NCBI GenBank assembly: GCA_944385095.1
Contig: CALWVS010000008.1
Span: 8,400 to 72,399 of the forward strand
Reading direction: 5' to 3'
DNA: 64,000 bases
DNA from: an uncultured Oscillospiraceae bacterium
Lineage (GTDB): Bacteria; Bacillota; Clostridia; Oscillospirales; Oscillospiraceae
Of the stretch, positions 29,826 to 38,041 are shown one piece after another; the stretch's first letter is position 1; each line of letters starts with the position of its first letter. A program made the position numbers and the translations under genes. The notes under the pieces were generated by a model. The model saw only the letters and a program-made list of their open reading frames with translations. It did no database searches and had not been told where the DNA came from.

Positions 29826-30669
29826 TGAGAGCACCTCCTCCCAGACGGCAGAGATGGTCTCTCTTGTGCTGGGCTTCAAAATCACGATAGGTTGCGTTAC
29901 GGGCAATTACTTCATCAAAATCTACCTGATGCCCGTCAAAATCGGGACCATCCACACAGGCAAATTTCACCTCACCGCCTACGGTCAGACGGCAGCCACC
30001 ACACATGCCAGTTCCATCAATCATAATGGGGTTCATGCTGACTGTGGTGGGAATGTTGTACTTCTCTGTGAGTTTACAGGCAAATTTCATCATCATCAGA
30101 GGACCAATGGCAATCACATGGTCAAACTTTGCACCGCCTGCAATCAGTTCCTCCAACTTGTTGGTGACAAAACCGTGGAACCCATAGGTGCCATCATCGG
30201 TACACACATGCAGATTGGTGCATGCCTTGGACATTTCTTCCTCCAGAATGACAATCTCCTTGGTCTTAAATCCACCAATCAGGTCAACTGTGTTTCCTGC
30301 TTCTGTCAGTGCCTTGGCAACAGGCAAGGCAATGGCACAGCCCAGACCACCGCCCAGCACTGCCACACGACCGTAGTTCTCTATGTGAGTTGGCTCACCC
30401 AGAGGACCTACAAAATCATGGAGGTAATCCCCTTCCTGGAGTTCATCCAGTGCCAGTGTGGTTGCCCCCACCTTCTGGAAAATGACAGTGACCAATTCTT
30501 CTGTGGTGCTGGAAATGGTCAGCGGAATCCGCTCCCCATTTTCATCTACCCGCAAAATAATGAACTGACCTGCCTTTGCTTTGGCAGCAATCAGGGGTGC
30601 ATGGACAGAAATCTGGCTGATTTCTGGTGTCAGCACCTTTTTGTGTACGATTTGATACTGCTGTTTCAC
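29818..30669 (-). CDS. nfnA: NfnA/PyrK-like FAD- and [2Fe-2S]-binding subunit
   Basis: GQFIILR..GERIPLT, GPLG, GGGLG, TDDG..G, IMIDGTGMCGGCR, CVDGPDF. Confidence 0.85.
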   Translation of the reverse strand: MKQQYQIVHKKVLTPEISQISVHAPLIAAKAKAGQFIILRVDENGERIPLTISSTTEELVTVIFQKVGATTLALDELQEGDYLHDFVGPLGEPTHIENYGRVAVLGGGLGCAIALPVAKALTEAGNTVDLIGGFKTKEIVILEEEMSKACTNLHVCTDDGTYGFHGFVTNKLEELIAGGAKFDHVIAIGPLMMMKFACKLTEKYNIPTTVSMNPIMIDGTGMCGGCRLTVGGEVKFACVDGPDFDGHQVDFDEVIARNATYRDFEAQHKRDHLCRLGGGALNG

Positions 30670-30764
30670 GGTTTCTCCTCCTTGAATGACTCTTTCATCT
30701 TCTTCTAATGAAAGTCTCCCTGAATTTATCGCCTATGCAGCAAGCACTGCATGAGGTTTCACCC

Positions 30765-32747
30765 TTAAAAAAATGAATTCCTCCGTCTGTAGCGTCTCCC
30801 CTTTCTTGCTCGATAGACAAAATACACCACAAGAAGCACAACAAGAATCACTACAACAAACACAATAATCGTCATACGATTAGGGTTTTTAAACAGTTCA
30901 ATGGGGTTCAGGCTGGGTACAACCTGCTTACGTCCATCACTCTGTGCATAGTTTTGGGAAACCCCTTCCTCTCCAAAAGACTGAAGATAAGAAGCAAGCG
31001 CATACCACTCCTTCAACTCTCCGCCTTCTGGTCGGTAAATGATGTGTTCTGAAAAATCTTCAATGGGGGTTCCATTGGCATCTTTGGGAACAATGGAAAG
31101 CAATCCAAACGACTTATCTTTCACAGTACCCAGCATCTGGGCAGAGTACATTCCACTGACTACCCGGTAGAGCTGGTCATCTTCAATAGGAATTGCCACT
31201 CCATACTCGTTGACAAAATTGGCTTCTGACACCCGATTCAATAGGATACGTCTGGGGTTGATAGTATATTCCACTCCAGAACAGTATAACTGCGCCTCTG
31301 GCATGATAGGAGTGATGGATGCATCCACCTCCAGCAAATTCCAGATTTCTTCCCCTGTCAAATAGCAGGATACCAGCGGAAAACCAGAACTCCCATCTGC
31401 TCCCACCCCCATAGACAGCACATCAAACGCCTGAGAAGTGGTCAACGACCCAGAGGGCAGGGAGGCACGCAACACCCCATCGGCGATGACGGTCAATGAC
31501 ACAGGGACATAGTCTTCTCCCTCCGCCTGCTGCACTGCCCATAAATAGGCATCTGATACCAGTTCTCCCAGTGCATTTCCCTCTTGTACCCCTTTCTCTG
31601 GTTCCAAAATGGGGAATGTACTTTGCGTCAGCTCCCCATCATAGGTAAGACCAAATGGGGCAAGATATGTTTTACTGACCTGTTCTTTCCATCCCTGCAC
31701 CAACTGATCCACTTCTGGATTGGATTCCACATTCTCATCAATGGGAATGAGCTGATAATCCACCAGTGTTTTCCCATTTTCATCCCACGATAATGTAATG
31801 CTGCCCAAATTTTCACAGTAAGGACCTGCTGAGACAATATAGGTAGAGTCAACTACAATGGGTTCTGTCAATGTGGTATGGGTGTGCCCTGATACAATCA
31901 AGTCAATTCCATCCACTTTTTTTGCCAGTTGCACATCCTCAGATTTAGATTCCTTTTCATTTGTGCCACTGTGAGAGAGACAGATAATAAACTCTGCCCC
32001 CTGTTCCTTGAGCCGTTCCACACATCGTTTTGCCGCCTGAACAGGGTCCTCCAACAGGAATCCAGATTCTGGTGTACATGCATCGGAATCCTCCCCCATG
32101 AGACCGAAAATTCCGTAGGTCACGCCTCCACGCTCCAACAGCATACTCTCCTGTACGCCATAGATTGCCATCGCCCTTTGAATGTCCAACTGGTCTGGAT
32201 TCTCTGGTGCAGGTTGGTAGTTTGCCATCAACAGCGCAGGGAGCACCTCATTGCTCTGACGGGCTGCCAGCAGCATTTCCGCAAATCCCAGCCCAGTATG
32301 GTCAAACTCATGGTTGCCCGCTGTGGTGGCATCAAATCCCATCGCCCCCATGGTACGCAATTCAGGGGCTTCTCTGGTGTATAGTGCTTGAATCAGAGAC
32401 CCAACCGAAAAATCGCCTCCATCCAGCGTCAAAGCATCTGGGTACTTCTGTCTCTGTTCTTCTAAAACGGTCATCAATCGCCCATAGCCGCCGGTTTCTT
32501 CTCCATTTTCCCCAATTTGAGGCAGAAAATGGGAATGCAAATCATGGGTAAAGAGAACTGTTGTTGTATTTTGTTCTGATGGGGCAGCATAGCTTGGCAG
32601 CAGCCAGAATGCAGTGATCATCAAAAGCAAAAGGCATAAAATAGAACCTGTTACCTGTCTGTATCGCCTCACAATACCCCTCCTTGTTTTTTGCCATTCC
32701 TTTCTCTCACTGTTCTTTATTGTGCCACAAAGAATTTCATTTTGCAA
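30765..32747 (-). CDS. Membrane-anchored 5'-nucleotidase/2',3'-cyclic phosphodiesterase family protein
   Basis: THDLHSH, DGGDF, GNHEFD, SHSG, SGHTH; N-terminal signal/TM segment and C-terminal TM with basic tail. Confidence 0.88.
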   Translation of the reverse strand: MQNEILCGTIKNSERKEWQKTRRGIVRRYRQVTGSILCLLLLMITAFWLLPSYAAPSEQNTTTVLFTHDLHSHFLPQIGENGEETGGYGRLMTVLEEQRQKYPDALTLDGGDFSVGSLIQALYTREAPELRTMGAMGFDATTAGNHEFDHTGLGFAEMLLAARQSNEVLPALLMANYQPAPENPDQLDIQRAMAIYGVQESMLLERGGVTYGIFGLMGEDSDACTPESGFLLEDPVQAAKRCVERLKEQGAEFIICLSHSGTNEKESKSEDVQLAKKVDGIDLIVSGHTHTTLTEPIVVDSTYIVSAGPYCENLGSITLSWDENGKTLVDYQLIPIDENVESNPEVDQLVQGWKEQVSKTYLAPFGLTYDGELTQSTFPILEPEKGVQEGNALGELVSDAYLWAVQQAEGEDYVPVSLTVIADGVLRASLPSGSLTTSQAFDVLSMGVGADGSSGFPLVSCYLTGEEIWNLLEVDASITPIMPEAQLYCSGVEYTINPRRILLNRVSEANFVNEYGVAIPIEDDQLYRVVSGMYSAQMLGTVKDKSFGLLSIVPKDANGTPIEDFSEHIIYRPEGGELKEWYALASYLQSFGEEGVSQNYAQSDGRKQVVPSLNPIELFKNPNRMTIIVFVVVILVVLLVVYFVYRARKGRRYRRRNSFF

Positions 32748-32849
32748 GATATATTCCTCTGTCTTTCACCATTCTTTTGTGCTTTCCACACTATTTGTTG
32801 ATTTTCAACATGTTTTTATCTTTATTGCTTACCTGTTTATTGCAAAATA

Positions 32850-32876
32850 AAAAACGGAGGTCATCCCTCCGTTTTT
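32850..32876 (-). terminator. Intrinsic terminator after rmlA
   Basis: AAAAACGGAGG-tcatc-CCTCCGTTTTT. Confidence 0.8.
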
Positions 32877-32880
32877 ATCC

Positions 32881-33738
32881 TTACAGACACTGCAAATATT
32901 TCCCATACAAGGTCATAGACAGCTCTGTTCCAATTTGATGTACCTGTTCTTCAGACAGCCATCCTTCTCTCAAACCCAGTTCCTCCAGACAGCCCACATA
33001 TCGACCTGTGGCATCCTGAATCTGTTTGACCGTTTGGCTGGCATATAACAAACTGTCTGCTGTTCCTGCATCCAACCAGGTGAAATCTCGTTCCAAGGCT
33101 ACAACCTGTAGTTGTCCGCGTTTTAAATACTCCAAGTTTACATCGGTGATTTCCAGTTCTCCTCTGGCAGAAGGCTTCAAATTGCTGGCAATTTCCATTA
33201 CCTGATGGTCATAGAAATAAAGCCCTGGAATAATATAGTTGGACTTTGGATGCAGCGGCTTTTCCTCAATGGAGATTGCCTGCCCAGCTTGGTCAAATTC
33301 CACCACACCAAATGGTCTGGGGTCCTCTACCCAGTATCCAAATACCGTTGCGCCACTTTGATTTGCAGCCGCTTTTTTCAGGGTTTCCCCCAAGGTTGGA
33401 GCATAGAAGATATTGTCACCCAACACAAGGCACACACGGTCTTCCCCCACAAATTCCCGACCAATCAACAGTGCATCTGCAATTCCTCTTGCCACTGGCT
33501 GTTCTGCATAGGTAATCTGAATACCAAACTGGCTGCCATTGCCCAACAGGGCACAAAAGGTCTCAGTCTCATCCGGCGGCACAATGATCATAATATCAGA
33601 AATGCCCGCCTGCATCAAAATAGAGATGGGGTAATAAATCAGAGGTTTATCATAAACCGGCAGTAAAGGTTTCGAAACAGGCTTTGTCATTGGATAAAGG
33701 CGTGTTCCTTTGCCTGCAGCAAGTACAATTCCTTTCAC
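32881..33738 (-). CDS. rmlA: Glucose-1-phosphate thymidylyltransferase
   Basis: GIVLAAGKGTRLYPMT..SK.LLPVYDKP, LGDNIFY, PSARGELEITD, WLDAGT. Confidence 0.95.
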   Translation of the reverse strand: MKGIVLAAGKGTRLYPMTKPVSKPLLPVYDKPLIYYPISILMQAGISDIMIIVPPDETETFCALLGNGSQFGIQITYAEQPVARGIADALLIGREFVGEDRVCLVLGDNIFYAPTLGETLKKAAANQSGATVFGYWVEDPRPFGVVEFDQAGQAISIEEKPLHPKSNYIIPGLYFYDHQVMEIASNLKPSARGELEITDVNLEYLKRGQLQVVALERDFTWLDAGTADSLLYASQTVKQIQDATGRYVGCLEELGLREGWLSEEQVHQIGTELSMTLYGKYLQCL

Positions 33739-33872
33739 AGTATCCTCCTAATTCTGTGCAACCCATTGCTTCCTGTTCTGTACAACCCACAAAGAGCACA
33801 CTTAAATGATACTATCACATTACCATATAGGTAGTAGTTTTGCAAGGTCCTTTGTGAAAATTTATAAAAAAA

Positions 33873-33900
33873 GTGCAGTACAACCGGGGTCGTACTGCAC
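33873..33900 (-). terminator. Hairpin terminator after oadA/pycB
   Basis: GTGCAGTAC...GTACTGCAC, followed by a T run on the minus strand. Confidence 0.7.
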
Positions 33901-33907
33901 AAAATCA

Positions 33908-35875
33908 TTAACCCAATGTTACCAACAGATCATCTGTGTTCACTGCAGTACCAACGGTAGCAGCCACAGATTTCACGGTTCCATCGACAGGTGCGGAAAC
34001 TTCAATTTCCATTTTCATAGCCTCCAGCACCACCAGCACATCGCCTGCCTTGACAGTCTGCCCTGGCTTACACTCTACTTTAAAGATATTACCAGGCATG
34101 GGGCTGTTGACAGCAGTTTCACCAGCGGCAACTGTTGCGGGAGCAGCAGCAGGCGCAGGGGCAGGGGCGGGAGTAGGAGCGGCTGCAGGAGCAGCTGGGG
34201 CGGCTACAGGAGCAGCAACAACAGGTGCTGCTACAGGAGCAGCAGCCACAGGGGCAGCAGGGGCATCTGCACGCTCCACAGATACTTGGAAAGGCTTTCC
34301 ATCAATGGTCACAGTAAAGCTGCCTGTGCAGTCCTCACGGACTCCCATTTTCAAATGGGGGGGCTGATAACTGGCAGCAAATGGGGGAATTGGTCGGGTT
34401 GTGTAGCCAGGCACAGCAGGTGCTGGCACTTCTGCATAATACACATGTCCCTGCCACTGGGGAACAGGTGCTGTTACAGGTGCAGTCTTATTGGACTCCA
34501 TTTTCTTGGGTTCCTCCTTCTTTTTTGGGAACCCAGCTTCACGGTCTTTAAAGAACGCCATTGCAACCTGAGGAAATGCGATATAAGACAGCACATCCTC
34601 ATCACTCTTTGCTGTTGTTCCCAATTCCTTCTTTGTCTTCTCAAACTCTGGCTCCAGTGTATCTGCAAAACGTCCCTTGACCACAGGGGTATCTCCCAGA
34701 ATCTTCTTCTGAATCTCAGGGTCAATGGGTGCAGGTGTCTGACCATATTCCCCACGGCAATAGGCTTTAATCTCCTTGCCCACTACTTTATACCGCTCAC
34801 CAGCCAGCACATTCTGGACAGCCTGAGAGCCGACCATCTGACTGGTTGGAGTGACCAGAGGAGGATAACCCAAATCCTTGCGGACTCTTGGTGTCTCTGC
34901 CAGTGCTTCATCCAGCTTATCAATGGCATTCATCATTTTCAGCTGGGAAATGAGGTTGGAGAGCATACCACCTGGAATCTGATAATTCAGGCATTGGGTA
35001 TCAGTTGCCATGGAAATGGGGTCTAAAGTGCCATCCTGAATAAAGTCTGCACGTACACCTTTAAAGAAGTCTGCCATCTGAATCAGTACTTTGTCATTCA
35101 GGTCTACCTGATAGCCCAACTGACGCAGTGCGTAAGCCAATGTTTCAGTAGCAGGCTGGGAGGTACCGCCGGAGAAGGGAGAAATCGCAGTATCAATCAC
35201 ATCTGCTCCTGCCTCCACTGCCTTCAGATAGGTCATAAAGGCAAGACCAGTTGTGCTGTGGGTATGTACCACCAGAGGCAGATCAGGCACTGCATCCTTA
35301 ATGGCACCCACCAGATCATAGGCTTCCTGTGGACCCATAATACCAGCCATATCCTTGATGCAGATGGAGGACACCCCCATCTTTTGCAGCTCCTTTACCA
35401 TGGATACATACTTTTCCAGAGTATGGACAGGGCTGGTGGTGTAAGAGATGGTACCAGAAGCATGGGCGCCACGCTTCACTGTCTCATCAATGGCCACTTC
35501 CAGATTGCGTACATCATTCAAGGCGTCAAAAATTCGGATAATATCGATGCCATTTTTCACGGAATATTCCACAAATTTCCGCACCACATCATCAGGATAG
35601 TGCTTGTAGCCCAAAATGTTCTGACCACGCAGCAGCATCTGCAACTTTGTATTTGGCATTTTTGCACGGATTTTTCTCAGTCTCTCCCAAGGATCTTCCT
35701 GCAAATAGCGCAGACATACATCAAAGGTTGCTCCGCCCCAGACTTCAGCAGAGTAGTAACCTGCCTTGTCCATGGTCTCCAAAATGGGCTCAAACTTGCT
35801 ATAGGGCAGACGTGTTGCAATCAGAGACTGGTTTGCATCTCGCAATACAGTTTCTGTAAACTGTACCTTTTTCAT
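33908..35875 (-). CDS. Oxaloacetate decarboxylase alpha / pyruvate carboxylase subunit B (carboxyltransferase plus biotinyl domain)
   Basis: RDANQSL.ATR, WGGATFD, RGQN..GY, IKDMAG, HTH, PGGM, LVTPTSQ; Ala/Pro linker; EAMKM biotinylation motif. Confidence 0.93.
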   Translation of the reverse strand: MKKVQFTETVLRDANQSLIATRLPYSKFEPILETMDKAGYYSAEVWGGATFDVCLRYLQEDPWERLRKIRAKMPNTKLQMLLRGQNILGYKHYPDDVVRKFVEYSVKNGIDIIRIFDALNDVRNLEVAIDETVKRGAHASGTISYTTSPVHTLEKYVSMVKELQKMGVSSICIKDMAGIMGPQEAYDLVGAIKDAVPDLPLVVHTHSTTGLAFMTYLKAVEAGADVIDTAISPFSGGTSQPATETLAYALRQLGYQVDLNDKVLIQMADFFKGVRADFIQDGTLDPISMATDTQCLNYQIPGGMLSNLISQLKMMNAIDKLDEALAETPRVRKDLGYPPLVTPTSQMVGSQAVQNVLAGERYKVVGKEIKAYCRGEYGQTPAPIDPEIQKKILGDTPVVKGRFADTLEPEFEKTKKELGTTAKSDEDVLSYIAFPQVAMAFFKDREAGFPKKKEEPKKMESNKTAPVTAPVPQWQGHVYYAEVPAPAVPGYTTRPIPPFAASYQPPHLKMGVREDCTGSFTVTIDGKPFQVSVERADAPAAPVAAAPVAAPVVAAPVAAPAAPAAAPTPAPAPAPAAAPATVAAGETAVNSPMPGNIFKVECKPGQTVKAGDVLVVLEAMKMEIEVSAPVDGTVKSVAATVGTAVNTDDLLVTLG

Positions 35876-36030
35876 TCCGTATCGACCTCCAAATTTCCTC
35901 CAGCTAGGAACCTGTACGCCTCATGTCCAGATGTAGCTTTTGGTCTTTCTCACAAACTCCGGTCAGTGAACGGACAGCACACTGTTGCCGGGAACGTCGG
36001 TCTCCACAGATGCAAGACCAACTTATGTTT

Positions 36031-36059
36031 ATTGTAGTATATCTTGTTCCACAACGCAA
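36031..36059 (-). promoter_or_regulatory. SigA-type promoter of oadA/pycB
   Basis: TTGCGT-17 bp-TACAAT, implying a 5'UTR of about 150 nt. Confidence 0.65.
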
Positions 36060-36175
36060 GCCCTTCTTTGAGAATTCTTGGCGATTTTTTCAAAAAAAGA
36101 ATGCACCATCAGTGGTCACAAAGTAGACCCTTGTAGTGCATTAAAAAAGACATAGACTTGCAAAGCATTTTGTTT

Positions 36176-36307
36176 TCATCGATCGCTGCACACATGCTCC
36201 TTTTTCTGTTCCATTCGGCTGTCTTCGCCGAAAATCATATCATCAATATCCAAATCCTCCCGCACATTGTACCAAATATTGCTGGAATCATGTTTCCACA
36301 TGGTCAT
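36176..36307 (-). CDS. Small hypothetical protein, 43 aa (MTMWKHDSSNIWYNVREDLDIDDMIFGEDSRMEQKKEHVCSDR)
   Basis: Manual translation; AAGGAGGAG SD; its own promoter; downstream hairpin at 36100-36142 with T run. Below the ORF-track cut-off. Confidence 0.6.
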   Translation of the reverse strand: MTMWKHDSSNIWYNVREDLDIDDMIFGEDSRMEQKKEHVCSDR

Positions 36308-36339
36308 AATACTCTCCTCCTTTTGCAACTCATGGGGTT

Positions 36340-36368
36340 ATTTTACAATAGAATCAAAGAAAGGTCAA
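36340..36368 (-). promoter_or_regulatory. SigA-type promoter of the 43-aa ORF
   Basis: TTGACC-17 bp-TAAAAT with an AT-rich upstream region. Confidence 0.7.
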
Positions 36369-36426
36369 GTATTTTTTTGAGAAAATGAAATTTATTTTTT
36401 CCATTCTTGCAATTTCAATGCAAAAA

Positions 36427-36451
36427 GGACGGTTGCTCTGTGCAACCGCCC
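36427..36451 (-). terminator. Intrinsic terminator ending the uvrC-rsmD-coaD operon
   Basis: CGGTTGC-tctgt-GCAACCG core stem with a T run on the minus strand. Confidence 0.7.
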
Positions 36452-36461
36452 ACTCTGGTTC

Positions 36462-36983
36462 TTATTCTTCTTCTGCACCGGCATCATAGATGGTGCGCTG
36501 GGAATTGGATGCTACTGTCATAGTTGCACCTGCTGCTGCCCGAAAACGGCTGCGAGAGGTCTTAATTTCACTGTATGCCTCTGCAACTGCCTCCTCTGTA
36601 CGCCGCAGTGCATCCTCACAATACTCATTGGCAGAGCGTTTCAGCTCCCGGCTGCGCTCCTCTGCCTGCTGCATCATCTCGTTGGCCTTCTGCCTTGCCT
36701 GAAGCAGAATGGTCTGTTCTGCCAATAGCTGTTTTGCCCGCTCCTCTGCCTGGCGTCGAATTGCCTCTGCTTCTCGCTTTGCTGAGGCAATCATGTCTGC
36801 CCTGCTTGCCATGATTTTTCTTGCCTCTGCCAGTTCCACAGGAAATTGTGTACGGATATCATCAATGAGATCCAGCACATTGTCCCGTTCAATGACACAT
36901 TTATCACTGGACAGGGGGGCATTTTTTGCTTCATCTACCAAATTAAACAACATATCCAGCAGTTCTTCTACACCGCTTGCCAT
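36462..36983 (-). CDS. Conserved coiled-coil protein typically found downstream of coaD (often labelled ATPase/ATP synthase b-like)
   Basis: Long Ala/Glu/Arg-rich heptad region (A.REAEAIR..AEERA); familiar rsmD-coaD context. Confidence 0.75.
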   Translation of the reverse strand: MASGVEELLDMLFNLVDEAKNAPLSSDKCVIERDNVLDLIDDIRTQFPVELAEARKIMASRADMIASAKREAEAIRRQAEERAKQLLAEQTILLQARQKANEMMQQAEERSRELKRSANEYCEDALRRTEEAVAEAYSEIKTSRSRFRAAAGATMTVASNSQRTIYDAGAEEE

Positions 36984-36986
36984 GTA

Positions 36987-37484
36987 CTACTCCGTCCTTT
37001 CCTGTAGTTGCTGCATCCGCTCTCTTACATCATGTACAATTTCTCTGGGCAGAAATTCCTCCAGATTCGCCCCATATCGGGCCATTTCCTTCACCACAGT
37101 AGAGCTTAAATAGGTATACTTTTCACTGGAAGCCAGAAACATAGTCTCTAAGCTGGGGTTTAATTTGCGGTTAATCACTGCCATTTGCACTTCCTGTTCA
37201 AAATCAGACACCGCTCTCAGCCCCTTCACCACCACTCTGGCTTTTCTTTTTTTGGCATAAGCTGCCAGTAATCCCTCTGCATAGTCCACTTCTACATTAG
37301 GAAATCTGGCTGTGGCTTTTTTCAGCAGCTCCACCCGTTCTTCTGGTGTAAACATCCCCTGTTTTTTGGAATTGATCATGACGCATACAATCAATCGGTC
37401 AAAACAGGTGGCTGCGCGTTTGATAATATTCAAATGCCCCAGGGTAACTGGGTCAAAACTCCCTGGATAAATTGCAATTTTCAT
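36987..37484 (-). CDS. coaD: Pantetheine-phosphate adenylyltransferase
   Basis: AIYPGSFDPVTLGHLNII, GLRAVSDFE.E, LSST.VKE. Confidence 0.97.
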   Translation of the reverse strand: MKIAIYPGSFDPVTLGHLNIIKRAATCFDRLIVCVMINSKKQGMFTPEERVELLKKATARFPNVEVDYAEGLLAAYAKKRKARVVVKGLRAVSDFEQEVQMAVINRKLNPSLETMFLASSEKYTYLSSTVVKEMARYGANLEEFLPREIVHDVRERMQQLQERTE

Positions 37485-38041
37485 TGGTGGTTGTCACTCC
37501 CCACATTGCGGTATAGGGTGAACTGAATGGCTCCATACCGATAGTCTTTCCCTTTCTCATAGGGTATGTCCACTGTGGACAGCTTTTGCTCCACTGGACT
37601 TTCGCAGACCATTATACCATGTTCCCGAAGAATGTCAAATGCGGCTATGGTCTCCATCGCCTTCTCCAATAATCCGGTTTGATACGGTGGGTCCAGAAAA
37701 ATCACATCAAATTTTGTTTTGCAGGACATAAGGAAGGAGATGGAATCCCCCTGCACCACCTTTGCCCTGTCCTGCATCTTTGCCAACTTTATGTTTTCAC
37801 GAATCAGATTGGCTGCCTCTTTTCTGGCATCTACAAAGGTAGCCTGTTTGGCTCCTCTGGACAGTGCCTCAATACCAAGCTGTCCCGTTCCACCAAACAA
37901 ATCCAGCACCTCTCTCCCAGGTACTTCAAATTGAATAGCATTAAACATCCCCTCCTTTACCCTGTCGGTGGTGGGACGTGTTTCCATTCCTTTCAACTCT
38001 TTCAGGTGCAGCCCTCTTGCACTGCCTGAAATCACTCGCAT
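37481..38041 (-). CDS. rsmD: 16S rRNA m2G966 methyltransferase
   Basis: MRVISG, RPTTDRVKE..FN, LDLFGGTG.LGIEALSRGA, FLDPPY. Confidence 0.96.
   Translation of the reverse strand: MRVISGSARGLHLKELKGMETRPTTDRVKEGMFNAIQFEVPGREVLDLFGGTGQLGIEALSRGAKQATFVDARKEAANLIRENIKLAKMQDRAKVVQGDSISFLMSCKTKFDVIFLDPPYQTGLLEKAMETIAAFDILREHGIMVCESPVEQKLSTVDIPYEKGKDYRYGAIQFTLYRNVGSDNHQ

Noticed and set aside
28260-30708. Long plus-strand ORFs (490 aa and 315 aa)
   Set aside because: Exact antisense shadows of nfnB/nfnA, with no motifs or SD; explained by codon bias of the real genes.
33851-33870. Rex box (TTGTGAA-AATT-TATAAAA)
   Set aside because: The right half-site matches poorly and it lies upstream of rmlA, not a redox gene.
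33806-35026. 406-aa plus-strand ORF and GC-rich quasi-repeats at about 34120-34270
   Set aside because: Antisense to oadA/pycB; the repeats simply encode the Ala/Pro linker.
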